64,000 nucleotides of DNA. Origin: Phoronis australis. Lineage: Eukaryota > Animalia > Phoronida. The translations under genes were made by a program, and so were the position numbers. Each line of letters opens with the position of its first letter. Positions within the stretch are counted from its first letter, which is position 1. Positions 1-13,000 of the stretch are shown piece by piece. The stretch is from contig NMRA01000008.1 in assembly GCA_002633005.1 (NCBI GenBank), forward strand, positions 1,769,174 through 1,833,173. The letters run 5' to 3'. The notes under the pieces are model-generated. The model worked only from the letters and a program-made list of their open reading frames with translations. It ran no database searches and was not told where the DNA came from.

Positions 1-1023
1 CTTTCACTCTCCTTGCATACCAATTTCAAAAGGCTGCCCATGATTCTAAGCCACTATTCGGACTGGTTATCTGGGGCGTATCCAAACATTCTCACGTGTG
101 TGTGCTTGTTAGGGCCGGTTATGGTGCTCAAGCAAACGAGCATGGGGGAACTTGATTTTCAACAATGTATTGTAATTGTAAATGAACAAACAAACCATCA
201 CCACTATCATTTAAGGTGGATGACTAGATATCCTGTTGGAGCAAACATAGTGCAGGCCAAAATAAAAATAATCAGACACAATGACCCTGAAGTCACTGTC
301 ACAACCCTCAGTGACATGACAGCTGCAGAGCAATAGTGGACTTCCCCATCATGACGTTGAAGCAATATTTTCTGATTCCGTGTAACCTGTAGTGTAAAGT
401 CTTCCTACAGGTGGTGTTGGTGATCACTATTTCGACTGTGTTACACTGACTTGTAGCGCCACCTGTCATGTTGACATTATTTGCTCCTGAGGAATCTCTC
501 AAACATCCATGTAGATGTAGCACTGGAACAGCGCTCAGTGCCTGCTACTGTCCAATGCTCACAGACTAACTCTTAAGAGTTAAGCACAAATTGTCCAAGT
601 AAACCAAAAGTCTGACTTCTGCGCGTTCGACTTTTATATCATTTAGACAAGGTGAAAAGACTGTTTAATTTGAACCATCTATATTCATCACTTTATGTTT
701 TTATAGTACCTGTTTACCTTGGTGTATTAGGCCAAGAGAAGCATAGTTGGTTCTGGTCTCTACCCTGATTCATTCTGAGACCTGTGCTCACTGATAGCTA
801 AATAACAGTAAAAAAAGTTTTTAACACCATGATTTAACAAGCGGTGAGTAAAAAAACAAATTCTGGAACAGTTTTGCTTGTCTTAGGTGGATTTTCTTTT
901 TTTTTAAGTGAACAACACCACTGAATGGATTTTCCAAAATAACAGAGACCTGAATCAACTATTCATTTTTAGCCTTATGGTTGATACTGTTATCTAGGAT
1001 TGTTAATGTCTTTTTTATTTCAG

Positions 1024-1101
1024 TTGGTGATTCGGACATTAGAAGATTTTATGGTGAAGAACAACATGATGAGTCAACACAAAATCTCCCCTCCTAAGTG
1101 A
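1024..1101 (+). CDS. Possible terminal coding exon of an upstream gene, followed by long 3'UTR-like sequence
   Basis: Strong acceptor ttttttatttcag at ~1011-1023. Frame 0 reads LVIRTLEDFMVKNNMMSQHKISPPK*; another frame is also open to a stop. About 3 kb of T-rich UTR-like sequence follows, with AATAAA near 4102. Upstream exons were not identified. Confidence 0.3.
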   Translation: MVIRTLEDFMVKNNMMSQHKISPPK

Positions 1102-4100
1102 AAAAACAGCGGCCTCTTTTCCTTTGCCTCATCTGGTGTAAACTTTCAATTTCACAACACAGATATAAGTGCAAGGTTGTCATTTTTCAGTTTTGAAATC
1201 TGAATACGCATTCCAAAAAGTATATTGTTCAATGACAGCTTTTTATTAGTGATATTTCTTTTATACTTGATTTTGTTAAGAAATTGGCAAACTCTAATGC
1301 CACTTTAAATCTGCTGTGTTATGTTGGAAGTCGAAGAATCCTTACCTTTTCTGTTACTTTTTTGTTGTACATTTAACTCTCAATGCACCCATGTTCTGTT
1401 GAAACTATTTTGTTTTAAAAACTCAGCATTATAAGTTTGGTCTCAGCTTGTTTTTTGCTTGGATTTGAAGCCCTCTCTTTGCTAAGAAGAATTGGCGGGT
1501 CATTATTGGTTGAGACCAGGCTCAGTAATCTGGTCGTCACGGCAACTTGTAAGTTGTTCAGCTACAAGGAACTCTCAATTTTTACTAAGGTCAAATCTTC
1601 CCTGGAGTAGAGGTCATTTCTTATCTGAGGAGTTTGAGCTGAAGCTAATTTTATGTTGATAAGTGGTTTAATTGAGGGTAAGGGTTTCTGATAGAAGAGA
1701 TTCATTGGGATTTTTAAGTTCAAACAGTCATTAAATAACAAGCATCTGTTTTTTATGCTTTTCTTTATTCTAGTCCCAGAGTTTGAGAATCTGGACGTTT
1801 GTTTTGCAAATTTGTCCATTGTCCACATTTTTTCATGTTCAGTAATTTTCACAGTTGCTAGATGTTTGCGATTTCCAAAGAACATGCTGTGCTGTTATAA
1901 AGTTTTGAGGTGTTTCGAAAAATTTTTGGGCGGTTGTTTTTATAACACTGTCATTCCTTCATTAAGATTGCATTGGAGAGACTTGTTATTAACATTAGAA
2001 CCAAATCGCTCTTAAAAGCGGTGTCAGTCCTTGTTTTTGCATTTATTCAATTAATTTAATTTATCTTATATTGCGCATTATGATATCACATTCCAAAAAA
2101 TTCAAAATTTATAAATATGTATCTATGCTTATTTTCTGCTACATTTGCTCCAACCTTTTGTCAGTTCTTCTGAGTATAGAACTTCTGAGTAGGCAAGGTG
2201 AGTTGAGCTGTTCTCACTCATGGGATTGTGGAGGTTATTAATTGATATCGAACAGTTATTGAAGATTCTGAATGAGCATAATGCCCTCCTTGTAGTTAAA
2301 GTGTTATTTCACAGTAATGAGACTGCATGCTAGTACATGTGCCTTGCCCATTTTCCCATTTTGTGAGGTGCTGTAAGGTCAAGCTAGTACAATACAAAGT
2401 CTTAATAGCTAATGCAGTCTTGCAAAGTGGCCACTGCTGAAACCAATAGGACAGTTTTCTTGAATGTTGAATTACGGGTGAACATGGTGAATGTAAAATT
2501 GCTATTTTTGTTGTATGTGCCATGAGTAGCTGCTGCTGCTAAACACGCCTCTTTTTATATCTCTTCAAATTCTACTGCAATCAAATCCACCCTATTTTCA
2601 CGAGTGTAGTGTAGATTTTGCACCAAGGTTGCACGTGTTTTGTTTCATTGGCCCGTAGTCTTGGAGTAGTTGAAAATTTGTCAAAGATCGCGAAAAGTGT
2701 GGCACCTGGGATCAGTTGTAGCAAGCAGTGGTTGACACTTGGATGGCGCAAAAATTGGGTTAATCTTGCTCATTTGCGTTCAGACGGAATGACAAATTGC
2801 CGACCTGGTTTCTCCCTCACACACCAAACATTGTCACCTCCAGTGTTCTGTTCTTGCAGCAAGATGTTTTTCCTAACGTTTTTCTCTTTCTCCTAAGTTC
2901 TCGTTTATAGACAGATCTGAGCCTACACTGCATGGTGTCATTCACCAAGCACATGCAACACTTCTTAGAATTAAAGAGTGAAAAGAGTTGCTGTTTATTA
3001 CGTAACAGACTCTGTGTTTGCTGGAATGGAATTGGGGTGCATGAGAAAAGAAATTAGTTCTTAAGATAAAAATTGCAATGGAATACTGCTTTGAGGATGC
3101 CGGCTATCCCTCATCGAGGAAAATAGTCCACCTTCAAAATCCACGAATCTAACTCCTTCTGACTGCTTGGCCACGGGTCTGTTTTATTACTATTAAGTTA
3201 GTAGTGTTTAAAACTCTAGTTTCATTTTTGTTTTTGGCGATTGTTGGCCATGATATTGCCAATACCACCAGTGCTTTAAGATTTCTGCATTGCACGAGCA
3301 GTTAAGTGAAAAGACGTGTGTATTCGTGTTTAACAGTCACGTGTGGACATGACGTGATATCAAGACCACCCAACTTTACTGCCATACTCGACCTCGCATA
3401 AATTGCCATCGGTGAATTTCGTGAGGCACTCGCTTGGATTGTCACTCAAATGTGCCAGTGGCACAATCTCATTTCGAGTTCAATTTCGAAGTGAAGTTTT
3501 CTGGTTTCTGATCCAGATGAAGAGACATGTCTACCTTTTGGTGAAATATGAATGAAGTCGATTTTCTTTTAGCCCTACCCAATATTGCTGGGTCAGACCG
3601 TACCAACGAATTAGAATCTGTAAATTGCATGTTAAGCCAGCCTGACTGGCACTGTTTTCTCATTCTCTGGCATATAATTAAACTGTCTAACAGTGAGGTC
3701 AAAAGTTATAAAATAATCATTTTGTGGACAAGATCCGTTTAAGTAAATGAATTTCAGGGAATTTCTACTTAGTACTGAGAAAGTTTTTTTTTACCAGGAA
3801 AACTGCATTTGGCCTTTTTCGTAATTACGAAATGGGATGGATTACTGAGACTGGTCAGTCGGTGCCATAGAAATGGCTAAGTTTTTGGTCTTTTACCGTG
3901 ATATTGATGTTAACTGTGATATATGAATTGCAAAATTATTGCCACTGAGATCAAACTTGAGCTGTGACAACTGTGCCCACGGCTTATAACTGTGACTTTA
4001 GGTTATAGTTTAACACGTACTAGTACTGTTTGGTGCCAGCATTCGGTGGTCTTAATGGCTTACTTCTTCCACTGTTTTGTCCTAAAGCTTGTATTTGTGT

Positions 4101-5789
4101 AAATAAATATTCTGTTGGTTACCACCGCGAGTTTCTTTATTTCATCTGTGAGTGCTTGCATCGTTCGTGTGACCCATATCAGCCCTCAAACTTTTAAAAA
4201 ATTGATGACGTCACGATGGCAGTTGCCAAGTGTTTGAAGAAACCGTTCACAAAACTGGTCTTTATTAAGGTAAATTGTTTTGTACTCATTTCGGGCAAGA
4301 ATTATGGAACATTCTGACGAAAATTGATCCAATGAGAATAAATTCTAGAAAGCATTTGAGACGGAACCCGCATCGAGATAGCTAGATTAAATTTAGAACT
4401 AATCTCGTGAGGAAGTAGAATTTCCACGGCATCAAGATATGTAATCGGGTGACAAGATATACGGCTTAAACAACCAAGAAAGTGTGCGAAATTCACCCTA
4501 ACTCGATATACATGGTGAAAAAGCATATTAAAACACTCGTTCACTATCCAGTATCGTTATGCATTATGTTCTGGGGATTACTGTGTAATTATAGGTCACT
4601 ATCAGTTGTTATTGTGATTACACGACATTGAAAAATAACTTTATACAAGAAATGGGAGATGGAAAGTTAGCAATTTATTATTGGAGGATAAAGAATAGTC
4701 GAGTAACCCCCTCCCCCCAAAAAAACAAAATAAAAACAATTCTTGATGTAAAAAGTCAATCTACTACTCCTGTCTATGAGTTGGGGGGAACGAGAGCATC
4801 TCCAATGAAGCTATTCTGGATGTAATTGATGACTCTCTTTCTAGAGGTTTAGAAATGTCGTGCATGGCGATGTCTCGCGAATTAAGTCTTGCGTGATCTT
4901 ACGCTTTTTCGAGTGCGAATTATGTCTTCTGAACAGGCTACCAGGATGCGTGCCGTAGACGTAAAAATCTCGAGAATAAAGATGATATTCCGCCTGGGTC
5001 ACTTGCTTCGCTTTGCAATGCGTGGCCAGACCTCACGAAACATCTTAATTTTCCTCTAGAATGCGACTCGGCCACTAGCAGCCAGGGCACTTTTTTAAAT
5101 GTTTATTATGAAATATTCAGTACAATAAATATACATACCCAGAAAGCGCCAAGAGGCATTGTATCTGGGTTAAATACATACAAAGAAATCTATATACAAT
5201 TATTATACACGAATACATAAGTTAAAAATTACTGATGTTAAGCTTACAATGACATATGATTACGAATGTAAATAAACCATTTCCATAAACAACAAGTTAT
5301 TTTGCATGCATACAATTTTATCGACTAACACAAAGATATTTAACATTAAAAAGAAATTTTGGTGCTATTTCGAATAAAACCATGCTTTCATTTGGATCGA
5401 GTTCTTTACATCCATTTAGAAAAAAAAATAATTTCATTTACATTTGAGGAATATCTGAATATTTTTGTAAACATTGGGGTATGATTCGAGTGTCTGGAAA
5501 AGCTGTACCCTCTGCTCCCCGCATACCGTACAATGCTCCCCGCATACCGTACAAGCAAAAAAACATGAGTACGTGTCTGAGTGTCTCCACATGAACACAG
5601 AATTAAATTATTATTAAATTATGTCTAAGTTTGTCGTTGTTTAGGAACAGTCCGCATCTTGATCTGTATAGAATTATTTTATGGTTGCGAGGAAGTTGGA
5701 ATGATGTCAATGGGACTGGCAATTCTTGAGTAGTGATATGCAGTTTAAAGTTATTTTTGAGAGTGGCGATTGAAGTGCTTTCACAAAAC

Positions 5790-6385
5790 CTCATATATCG
5801 TCGCCAATTTGTATTCATGCCTGGTAACAGCACTGTGTCGCAACTTACAGAAATTGTACACGACATCCACCTCCAGTTTGAGCAAGGGTACAACGTCAGA
5901 TCTGTATTTTTAGACATTGCGTCAGCTTTTGATGTCGTTCCCCATGACCTGCTTCTACATAAATTACAATCTTACGGTTTCTCAGGCACTCTCCTCTTAC
6001 TTTTAAAATCATATCTGGAAAATCGAACTTACAAAGTCCGAATTGAGGGTGTCTTATCACCTTCATCAACGCCAGGTTTCGTAAATGCTGGAGTACCAGA
6101 GGGTAGCGTACTAGGCCCCTTACTCTTTTTACTGTACATCAATGATCTTCCAGACACGATAAGCTCTAAAACATTCTTATATGCTGATGACACTGCAATA
6201 TTCCACCCATTCTCAAAAGAGCATCCCCATGACGCCATACAATTGCAAACTGACCTTAACAAACTCTATGACTGGTCTCACAAATGGAAGATGAAATTTA
6301 AACCTGAAAAAAGTGTTGATCTTATATTTTCTAAGTCTAATAATACTCATTTCCAAACAAATCCAACACTGGAATTGGATCGTTC
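5790..6385 (+). mobile_element. CR1/L2-group LINE reverse transcriptase fragment
   Basis: ORF 5733-6614 contains [40 protein letters not shown] and WKMKFKPEKS. Similarity ends where a TIR element begins near 6408. Confidence 0.9.
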
Positions 6386-6407
6386 GTATGCACCTGTTGT
6401 GGCTAAA

Positions 6408-6553
6408 ACACGGGCGGCGCACCTAACGGAACTGGGGGGCTATAGCTTCCCCCACTTTTTCAGTGCTGCCCAGCCTATGGTCTATGGGCAGTGCACCACA
6501 GGGTGGCTGGGGGGCTATAACCCCCCATTTTTTCAGTGCTACGCCGCCCGTGT
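6408..6553. mobile_element. Short non-autonomous TIR element (MITE-like)
   Basis: Terminal inverted repeats acacgggcggcg ... cgccgcccgtgt. Internal duplicated unit ggggggctata(g/a)c..cccc..tttttcagtgct. Confidence 0.65.
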
Positions 6554-6659
6554 AAAGCTGCCAGGTATTTTAGTCTTTCTAATTGAAGAAGTATCCTATG
6601 CCTTCGTGTGCTGATTGGTTGGTTATGTCACCAGTAATCTAGATGTGGAAGTACAAGCC

Positions 6660-6940
6660 AAGATGAGTATTACTATACTTAGCAAATATAAGATCAACAA
6701 TTTTTTCAGGTTTAGATTTCATCTTCCATTTGTGAGATCAGTCATAGGGTTTATTTAGGTCAGTTTGTAATCGTAAGGAGTCATGGGGATGCTCTTTTGA
6801 GAATGGGTAGAACATTGCAGTGTCATCAGCATATAAGAATGTTTTAGAGTTTACTGTGTCTGGAAGATCATTGATGTACAGTGAGAAGAGTAAGGGGCCT
6901 AGTACGCTGCCCTGTGGTATTCCAGCATTTACGAAACCTG
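6660..6940 (-). mobile_element. Inverted, diverged second copy of the same LINE RT segment
   Basis: Reverse complement aligns by eye to ~6075-6345 (gtaaatgctgga..ccagggcagcgtactaggcccc..tatgctgatgacactgcaat..aaatggaagatgaaa) with scattered substitutions. Confidence 0.8.
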
Positions 6941-7089
6941 CCTCCGTTCATTAACGCTAGGACCTCGCTAAAAAGCAAGACATCGCGAGATTACGTGAGA
7001 TTGTTTCACCTGTCTTCGAGTTTTGTTTACTATATCCCAATATTCCTTAGAATTTTGGAGACAGTGTTGATGTTGGAGATGATTTTCAT

Positions 7090-7980
7090 TTTAAGACTTA
7101 TTTTGTCTTTATAATTAATTCTTCCACAATGTTGCACTCACCTGTTCTTTGTATCACTTAAACGTGCACGGGTTATTTGATTTTCTGACTGATCTGTACA
7201 GTTTATTCCTTTATTTATTTCAGACTTGATCTTGTTGTTAACCACGGTTTGTTCTTGTTTTTTAATGTTTTCATGGTTGATGGGATATTCTTATCTAGTA
7301 CGATGTATTGTAACTGAGTAAATGATGAGACTGCGTCATTTATGCATGGGGGCACCCGGGGGGGGGCTCAAACGAGCCCCCCAATTTCGCGAATTGGGCA
7401 AAAAGGTCCGCCTCAGTGAAACAAAAAGTCCGAGTAAACTAGACAAAAGTCCACAAAATCCACGGGAAGTCGGCGCGGATGTACGGTTCGTGGACCTGAA
7501 CCTAGTCCCCCCGTTTTATTTTTTTAGTCCTCGTTGATTTCTTTCTGTAAAAGGTCCGCATATCGAAAAATTCGAGCCCCCCCCCCCTATATTTTAGCCT
7601 GGGTGCGCGCATGTTATGTCACTTTTATTTAGTATTTCAGTCCAGTTAAATGTGGTTATGTCGGTGCGCAGTTTGTCCATGTTAATGAGGTTGTAATTCC
7701 ACGTCTTTTTGTTAATGGCGGGTTCTTTAGGTGCACAGGTGAGTGTGAATGGCACCGAGAACGGGACAACTGCTAAGGGCAATTTCGGAAGTAATTTGAC
7801 GGCGTTGGTATGGAGAGGGGGAAGTAGTAACGACAGCGCTGGGCAGACCCGATTCTCTGGGCCTGTCACAGTTGTATATCAGCATGAAAGAAGAACCCAC
7901 GCAGATGCGGTACGTGCCCCGAAACTCAAAGAACATTTTTAATTAAGTATTTATATTAAACAAATTACATATCATAGACT
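7090..7980 (-). mobile_element. Degenerate LINE ORF2 endonuclease-linker fragment interrupted by a MITE
   Basis: Minus-strand translation gives KKTWNYNLINMDKLRTDITTFNWTEILN and, past the MITE, VLDKNIPSTMKTLKNKNKPWLT. This is typical of the post-endonuclease region of CR1-group ORF2. Confidence 0.6.
7343..7612. repeat. Dispersed G/C-run MITE-like family, copy 1 (others at ~10330-10555 and ~17530-17765)
   Basis: Shared gcgcacccaggggg..ctcgaacgagcccc..aaaaggtccgcctca..acaaaaagtcc core, with an inverted ctgggtgcgcgcatg end. Confidence 0.75.
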
Positions 7981-8065
7981 TAACAATAAAGAACGATAAA
8001 AATCTTCGCCTCATCTCTACTTTATCATAAAAATTCGACACACACTAGTATACAAACAGTTTTAT

Positions 8066-8437
8066 CAGGGTCCGGGGTCTAATCTTTTTACTCGAAATCC
8101 AGCTCGAATTTTTCGCAATTCTCCTTTCTACTTTAAGACAAGCTCAACATAAATGATGGTAGTTCTATTCTCTACTGAATACATTATGGTTTACGTGACT
8201 GACTGTGTAATCTTAGTTGGCACTTGATAACCACGGCATTTAAGCTAAAATTTCGAACTCGAAATTTCGAGTTTTTACTTGAAATCTAGGGGTCATCAAG
8301 TCCGAAATTCGACTAGAAAGGCATTTGCATGAATCATAGTGTACTGGAGAATAGAACAGGTGTTACTTATCTTGAGTTCGTAATAAAGCAGGACGGAAAT
8401 TTTCGATTTCGAGTACCCAGATTAAACCCTGGGCCCA
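8066..8437. repeat. MITE-like family, related copy at ~25749-26105
   Basis: Starts cagggtccggggtctaatctttttactcgaaatc (25749: cagggcccagggtctattctttgtacttgaaatc). Ends with the inverted ccctgggccc. Confidence 0.65.
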
Positions 8438-10017
8438 GCCATATGCACACTAAACGATACAACTATTCTTTAACAGCTGGTAAACATGAAACTTCATTCA
8501 GACAGTCATTTCACACATTGATCTGTTTTTAGACAACCAGATAATGCGTTTTTCATGTCAATATCAGTCCTGTTTCCGTAACTGATGAAAGAACAGCCTA
8601 TCCCGCTGTATTACACGTGTTCAAATTATCCGATGCAATGACGCGACCAACACTCAGTAGTTAGTTTACTAAAGCATTATACAGTTCGTGATACAAGACT
8701 GCCATAATTGCTTCTAAATTTCCTTTTGTACTGATAAAATTTATTGCATAGACTTTAATTAACAACACTCGTTTTTTGGGTTCGTATGTCAATAAAACTG
8801 TTATCATAGATTTGTTGTAGTTCGTTATTTCCGATTATTTCATTAAATTTATTTTTGGTTCTAAGATTTCAATAAATATAAGTTGCAATCTGAATAAGAA
8901 ATATAACGCATTTTGCGCTTTAAGAACATAATTTCTTTTATCGTAATTATTCTTTGGTTAACCCTTATACGACTTTAAAAAGGCCTACGATTACATTTTC
9001 ACTGGTGAACGAAGTTAACCGTTTTCTGAACTTCGAATGACTGAAATTTCGATACTATTTGCATGAAATGTGGACTAGAGCCAATGCCGTGAATGCGGAT
9101 CGAAGTCCCTTCTGAAACCACGCATTCATGATGATTGCCTGTTTGAACTTTCTTTTGAAAAGTCGATTAGGAGAAAATTGTTTCACATTTCTGCCCGCAA
9201 AATCAGGTCATTGTAACAACTCGCCGGTCTGGGGAACAAAAATGCAGTGCAGTTCTTTCCTAATTCATAACAGGCTAAGTATAAAATTGAATTTTCTTAC
9301 TGTCAGTGAAACTCCCCTTATCGTGCTATATATGTTTCAGTGTTGTCAATTATTGAACACATCACTCTTCCTAAATTAGTTACACTTTATAATAGGTCTT
9401 CTGCATACTCAAGAAAATTAAAATTGGCAAAACAGGGGCGCGTCAAGAGATCTTTAGGTTCGCATCAAACTGTCGATTCGATTCTGTTGTGCTTTCTACG
9501 TATTTATGGCACAGAAACGCAGAGAAAATGTGACTTTCGTTTGTGCTCAACCATTCGGTAGAAACTTTACAGCATATTCACACTTCAAATCGTGTCACAT
9601 TTTTTATTGACTGTTTGTGCCCTAGTACGCACGCGCTTTTTCAGGCGGGTCCTCTCAAGGAAAGGTGACCGTTTTGCATCTTCCCAGCGTCGGTCCTCTT
9701 TTCTGGATTCACACCCAGTCTGGATTCGCGGGAATGGAACTTAGCTAACCCTTGCTCAACAACTTTAACTTATGGTGAAAGTCCCACGCAGCGCCATCTT
9801 TGGAAACCATCGTTTTGGCTTATGTTTTAGGTGAAACCCTTTGTTTTTTAACGTCAAATTTCTAAGTGTTCCTAATTTCACATGATAAAAGCCATGGAGC
9901 GAATAGTGTTCAATGATCACGCCAATGGCCCATAATTTGCTACGGCTAACTTGATACAGTTTGAAGTTTGCGATTTCGGCTTGACCTACTAGCGCTGTGT
10001 GGGCATTTTACTTGAGC

Positions 10018-13000
10018 TTACATGAGTGCGATTACCAAAACCAATGCAACTGTTGTAATAAAGCTTGTCACTCTTGAGGCGGATGCTGCGACGTCTTTCA
10101 TTGTTGACAACGGATGAGAGCACTGGTTTGAAGTGCAACAGCTCTGTACAAAGCATTTCTTTGACTGAAATATCGACATTCAAGTATGACTAGTCAGTTT
10201 ATTGCATTCTCATTTAGAAATTCATGTTCAGAGTATGCCCCTAAATATGTTCCGACTTCCAAGATTGTTACTAGACATGAAATTGGCACTGTTTGCAAAA
10301 TAGCATCACTCAACAAGTAATTTAAACTCATGCGCGCACCCAGGGGGCTCGGACGGGAACTCGAACGAGCCCCCTATTTGGCAAAGTGGTCAAAAAAGTC
10401 CGCCTCAAAGAAACAAAGAGTCCGTGAAATGGAGACGAAAGTCCACTAAACACACAATTTACAGCTCTGAACGTTTTTTAGTCCTTCAGCTTTGGTTTTG
10501 TTCGTAAAAGGTACACATCGTCAGAAATTCGACCCCCCCCCCTGGTGCGAGCATGAATATATGATAACTTCCTCAACTAATGTGTTCCCGAATGATGAAA
10601 TTTGGTTTTCAGATGATACGACTTGAGCAAAGCCAAGTTGACATCATTGCGTTAAAGTATGCAATGGTTCATTCAAATAAACAATAAAAAGTTTTCATAA
10701 CTTAAAGCTTTGAGACAGTTTCATTTCCAGTGGAAAGACAAAAACACGATGCATATACAATGGGTAAACTTACGTCTGTGCCAACGAAATGGCATAATTT
10801 CCCAGTTGCACTGGCACACGTCTGTCCTGCAATTAATGATGTCATGTCTTCGCTGCATCCAACTGTCATCTTCTTCGTTTCCCTCTCGTAAACCGCCTGC
10901 GTGCATAGAATTAGCGATATTTAAAATAAATTATTAAACCAGAATAGTATCTAAACTACTCTTCGTAGTTTACTTTATCGCTGAATTCATCGTCCTTTTC
11001 AGTGAATTTTAGAAAAATACCCAAACTTTCTTTTAAGTTTGCATTTAGCATTGTGTCATCATGCAAGCATCGTAACGGAGGGAAGTTTATTCTCAGCGCA
11101 AGTGAAAGCTAAGTTGACCATATCCCGCGAAGCCTTATGTAAACTCAGTCATCGCTTGGCTCTATAAAAGTCTGTTTTATGGACAAACACCAGACGATGA
11201 TCGTGAAAAACAAAATGGAAACTAATCCTTACCCAGCATTCCGAATCAGCTGATGAGCACGTCTTGTCAGTTAGTGAACAGGTGTCGCTTCCGGTTGCGG
11301 TGCATGAGCTACACACTCGGGGCTGTAAATCAAACAAATATTTAGTGATTTTACCGACTGCATAGGTAGACGTTTTAACTTAGAACCAGTTTGCAGCCCA
11401 ATGTTTAATAAAGGAAACTGGTTATCAAAATCTGGGACATTTTTAAGTGAATATCAGCCTGACGTTAGGTTCAAAAATGGTAGATTGTCACCACGTTAAC
11501 TAGCGAGTTTTTGAAAGAGAACTCATTCTTAAAACTGATTAAATCAGTACGTCTGGGATATTTCCCATGAAAACCCGACCGGTGACTATCCTGCATTCCA
11601 ACAGCAAGCTATACTATAAAGAGATGTCAAATTTTCACACTTTTTTTGTTATTCGTCATATTAAACTATCTTTGTAGTTCAATTACTTCTAATCACCCAC
11701 AGTGGGTTAATTACGATGTTCAGTGATGACGTGCCATGGCAGTAGATGACGCAATTTGGAACGGGAAATAAGACATGCAGTTGCACCGGGCTCAAGACGT
11801 CATAATGACGTCAAAATGACACGTTAAACCTTCCTATTATTTGCGCATACACAAGTGTCATCAAGTTTTCGTAATTGTAGTAACAAATAAACAACACGTT
11901 AGCCATTGATAAATAAAGTATTGGTTGAGAAAAGACAGGGTAGGAGTTCCATTCACTGCTTCATATACATCTACTTGTTGTATTTTGTTACTCACCAGTT
12001 TAACGACTGTTGCTGTTGCGGAGATTGAGCTAACATCCACCGTCGATCCACCTAAGGTGGTTCCACTGTTGACTGCGGTTTTCAGAGTGCTGGTTACTGT
12101 CTCGGCAATAGCTGTCGTGTTGACTGTACCAGATGTAGGTGTGTCCACTGTTATTTTGAATTCGACAATAATACTTCCGTTTCTAAATAAACAAAAAGAC
12201 TGTCCATCATCGACGTTATTCGGAGGCCAATCTTTTCACCAATAAAGTTAACCAATGCCAGTGCTATTAAGTTGATTAAAAAATAAAACTTATGACCGGA
12301 GGCTTGTTCCATGAAAAGTGACAAAAGACTAAAGTCAGAAATCTGGTCTTGCGCTCCACGCAATTATTTCTGAAAAAAAAACAATTAAATCTCACCTGAA
12401 CTTAAGGGCAAAATCTCTGAGAATATATACGTAATTGGTTCTTACTGAGATACTCTTCATAATTTATGTCTTGACTGTCACGTGCTCATAATAACTTGGC
12501 TGAAAGTTAGGTGGGAGCGCGAGACCAACCTCCCGTTCAGTAACGCTAGGACCTAGCTTAAAAGCAAGACTTTGCGAGATTACGCGAGATATTGCCATGT
12601 ATTTTAAATAAGAGCACGTGACCTTGACTAGCTTTTGGCTAGGTCCTAGCGTAGGTCCTAGCGTCTACTGAAGGCACGCCAAATTTCTGTTTTAAACATA
12701 CTCGTTCTACTTCATTTTAGTTAAAATCTTTATAAAAAGGATATTAATACAAGTTAGTTCCGTCAAATAATGTTCATTCAACATAACTATATATTTTCAA
12801 GATAGACTGAGTTTAATATGAATTTTTAGTGTTTAATTTTTATTTTTGGTTGTGCACCACCACCTAAAATGGCCACCGTCATCAATTGTCGTCATAAGTA
12901 ATGCGAGTTCCGCGGAAACTCCGCCTACTTTTAATTAATAGTAAAAGAAACCAATCACAAACAGGGCTGAAAGTTACGAAACTCAGGGAACCACTTTAGA

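Noticed and set aside
13-560. Short ORFs at the window start as a Cys-rich or hydrophobic protein
   Set aside because: No consistent exon chain or recognisable motif in any frame.
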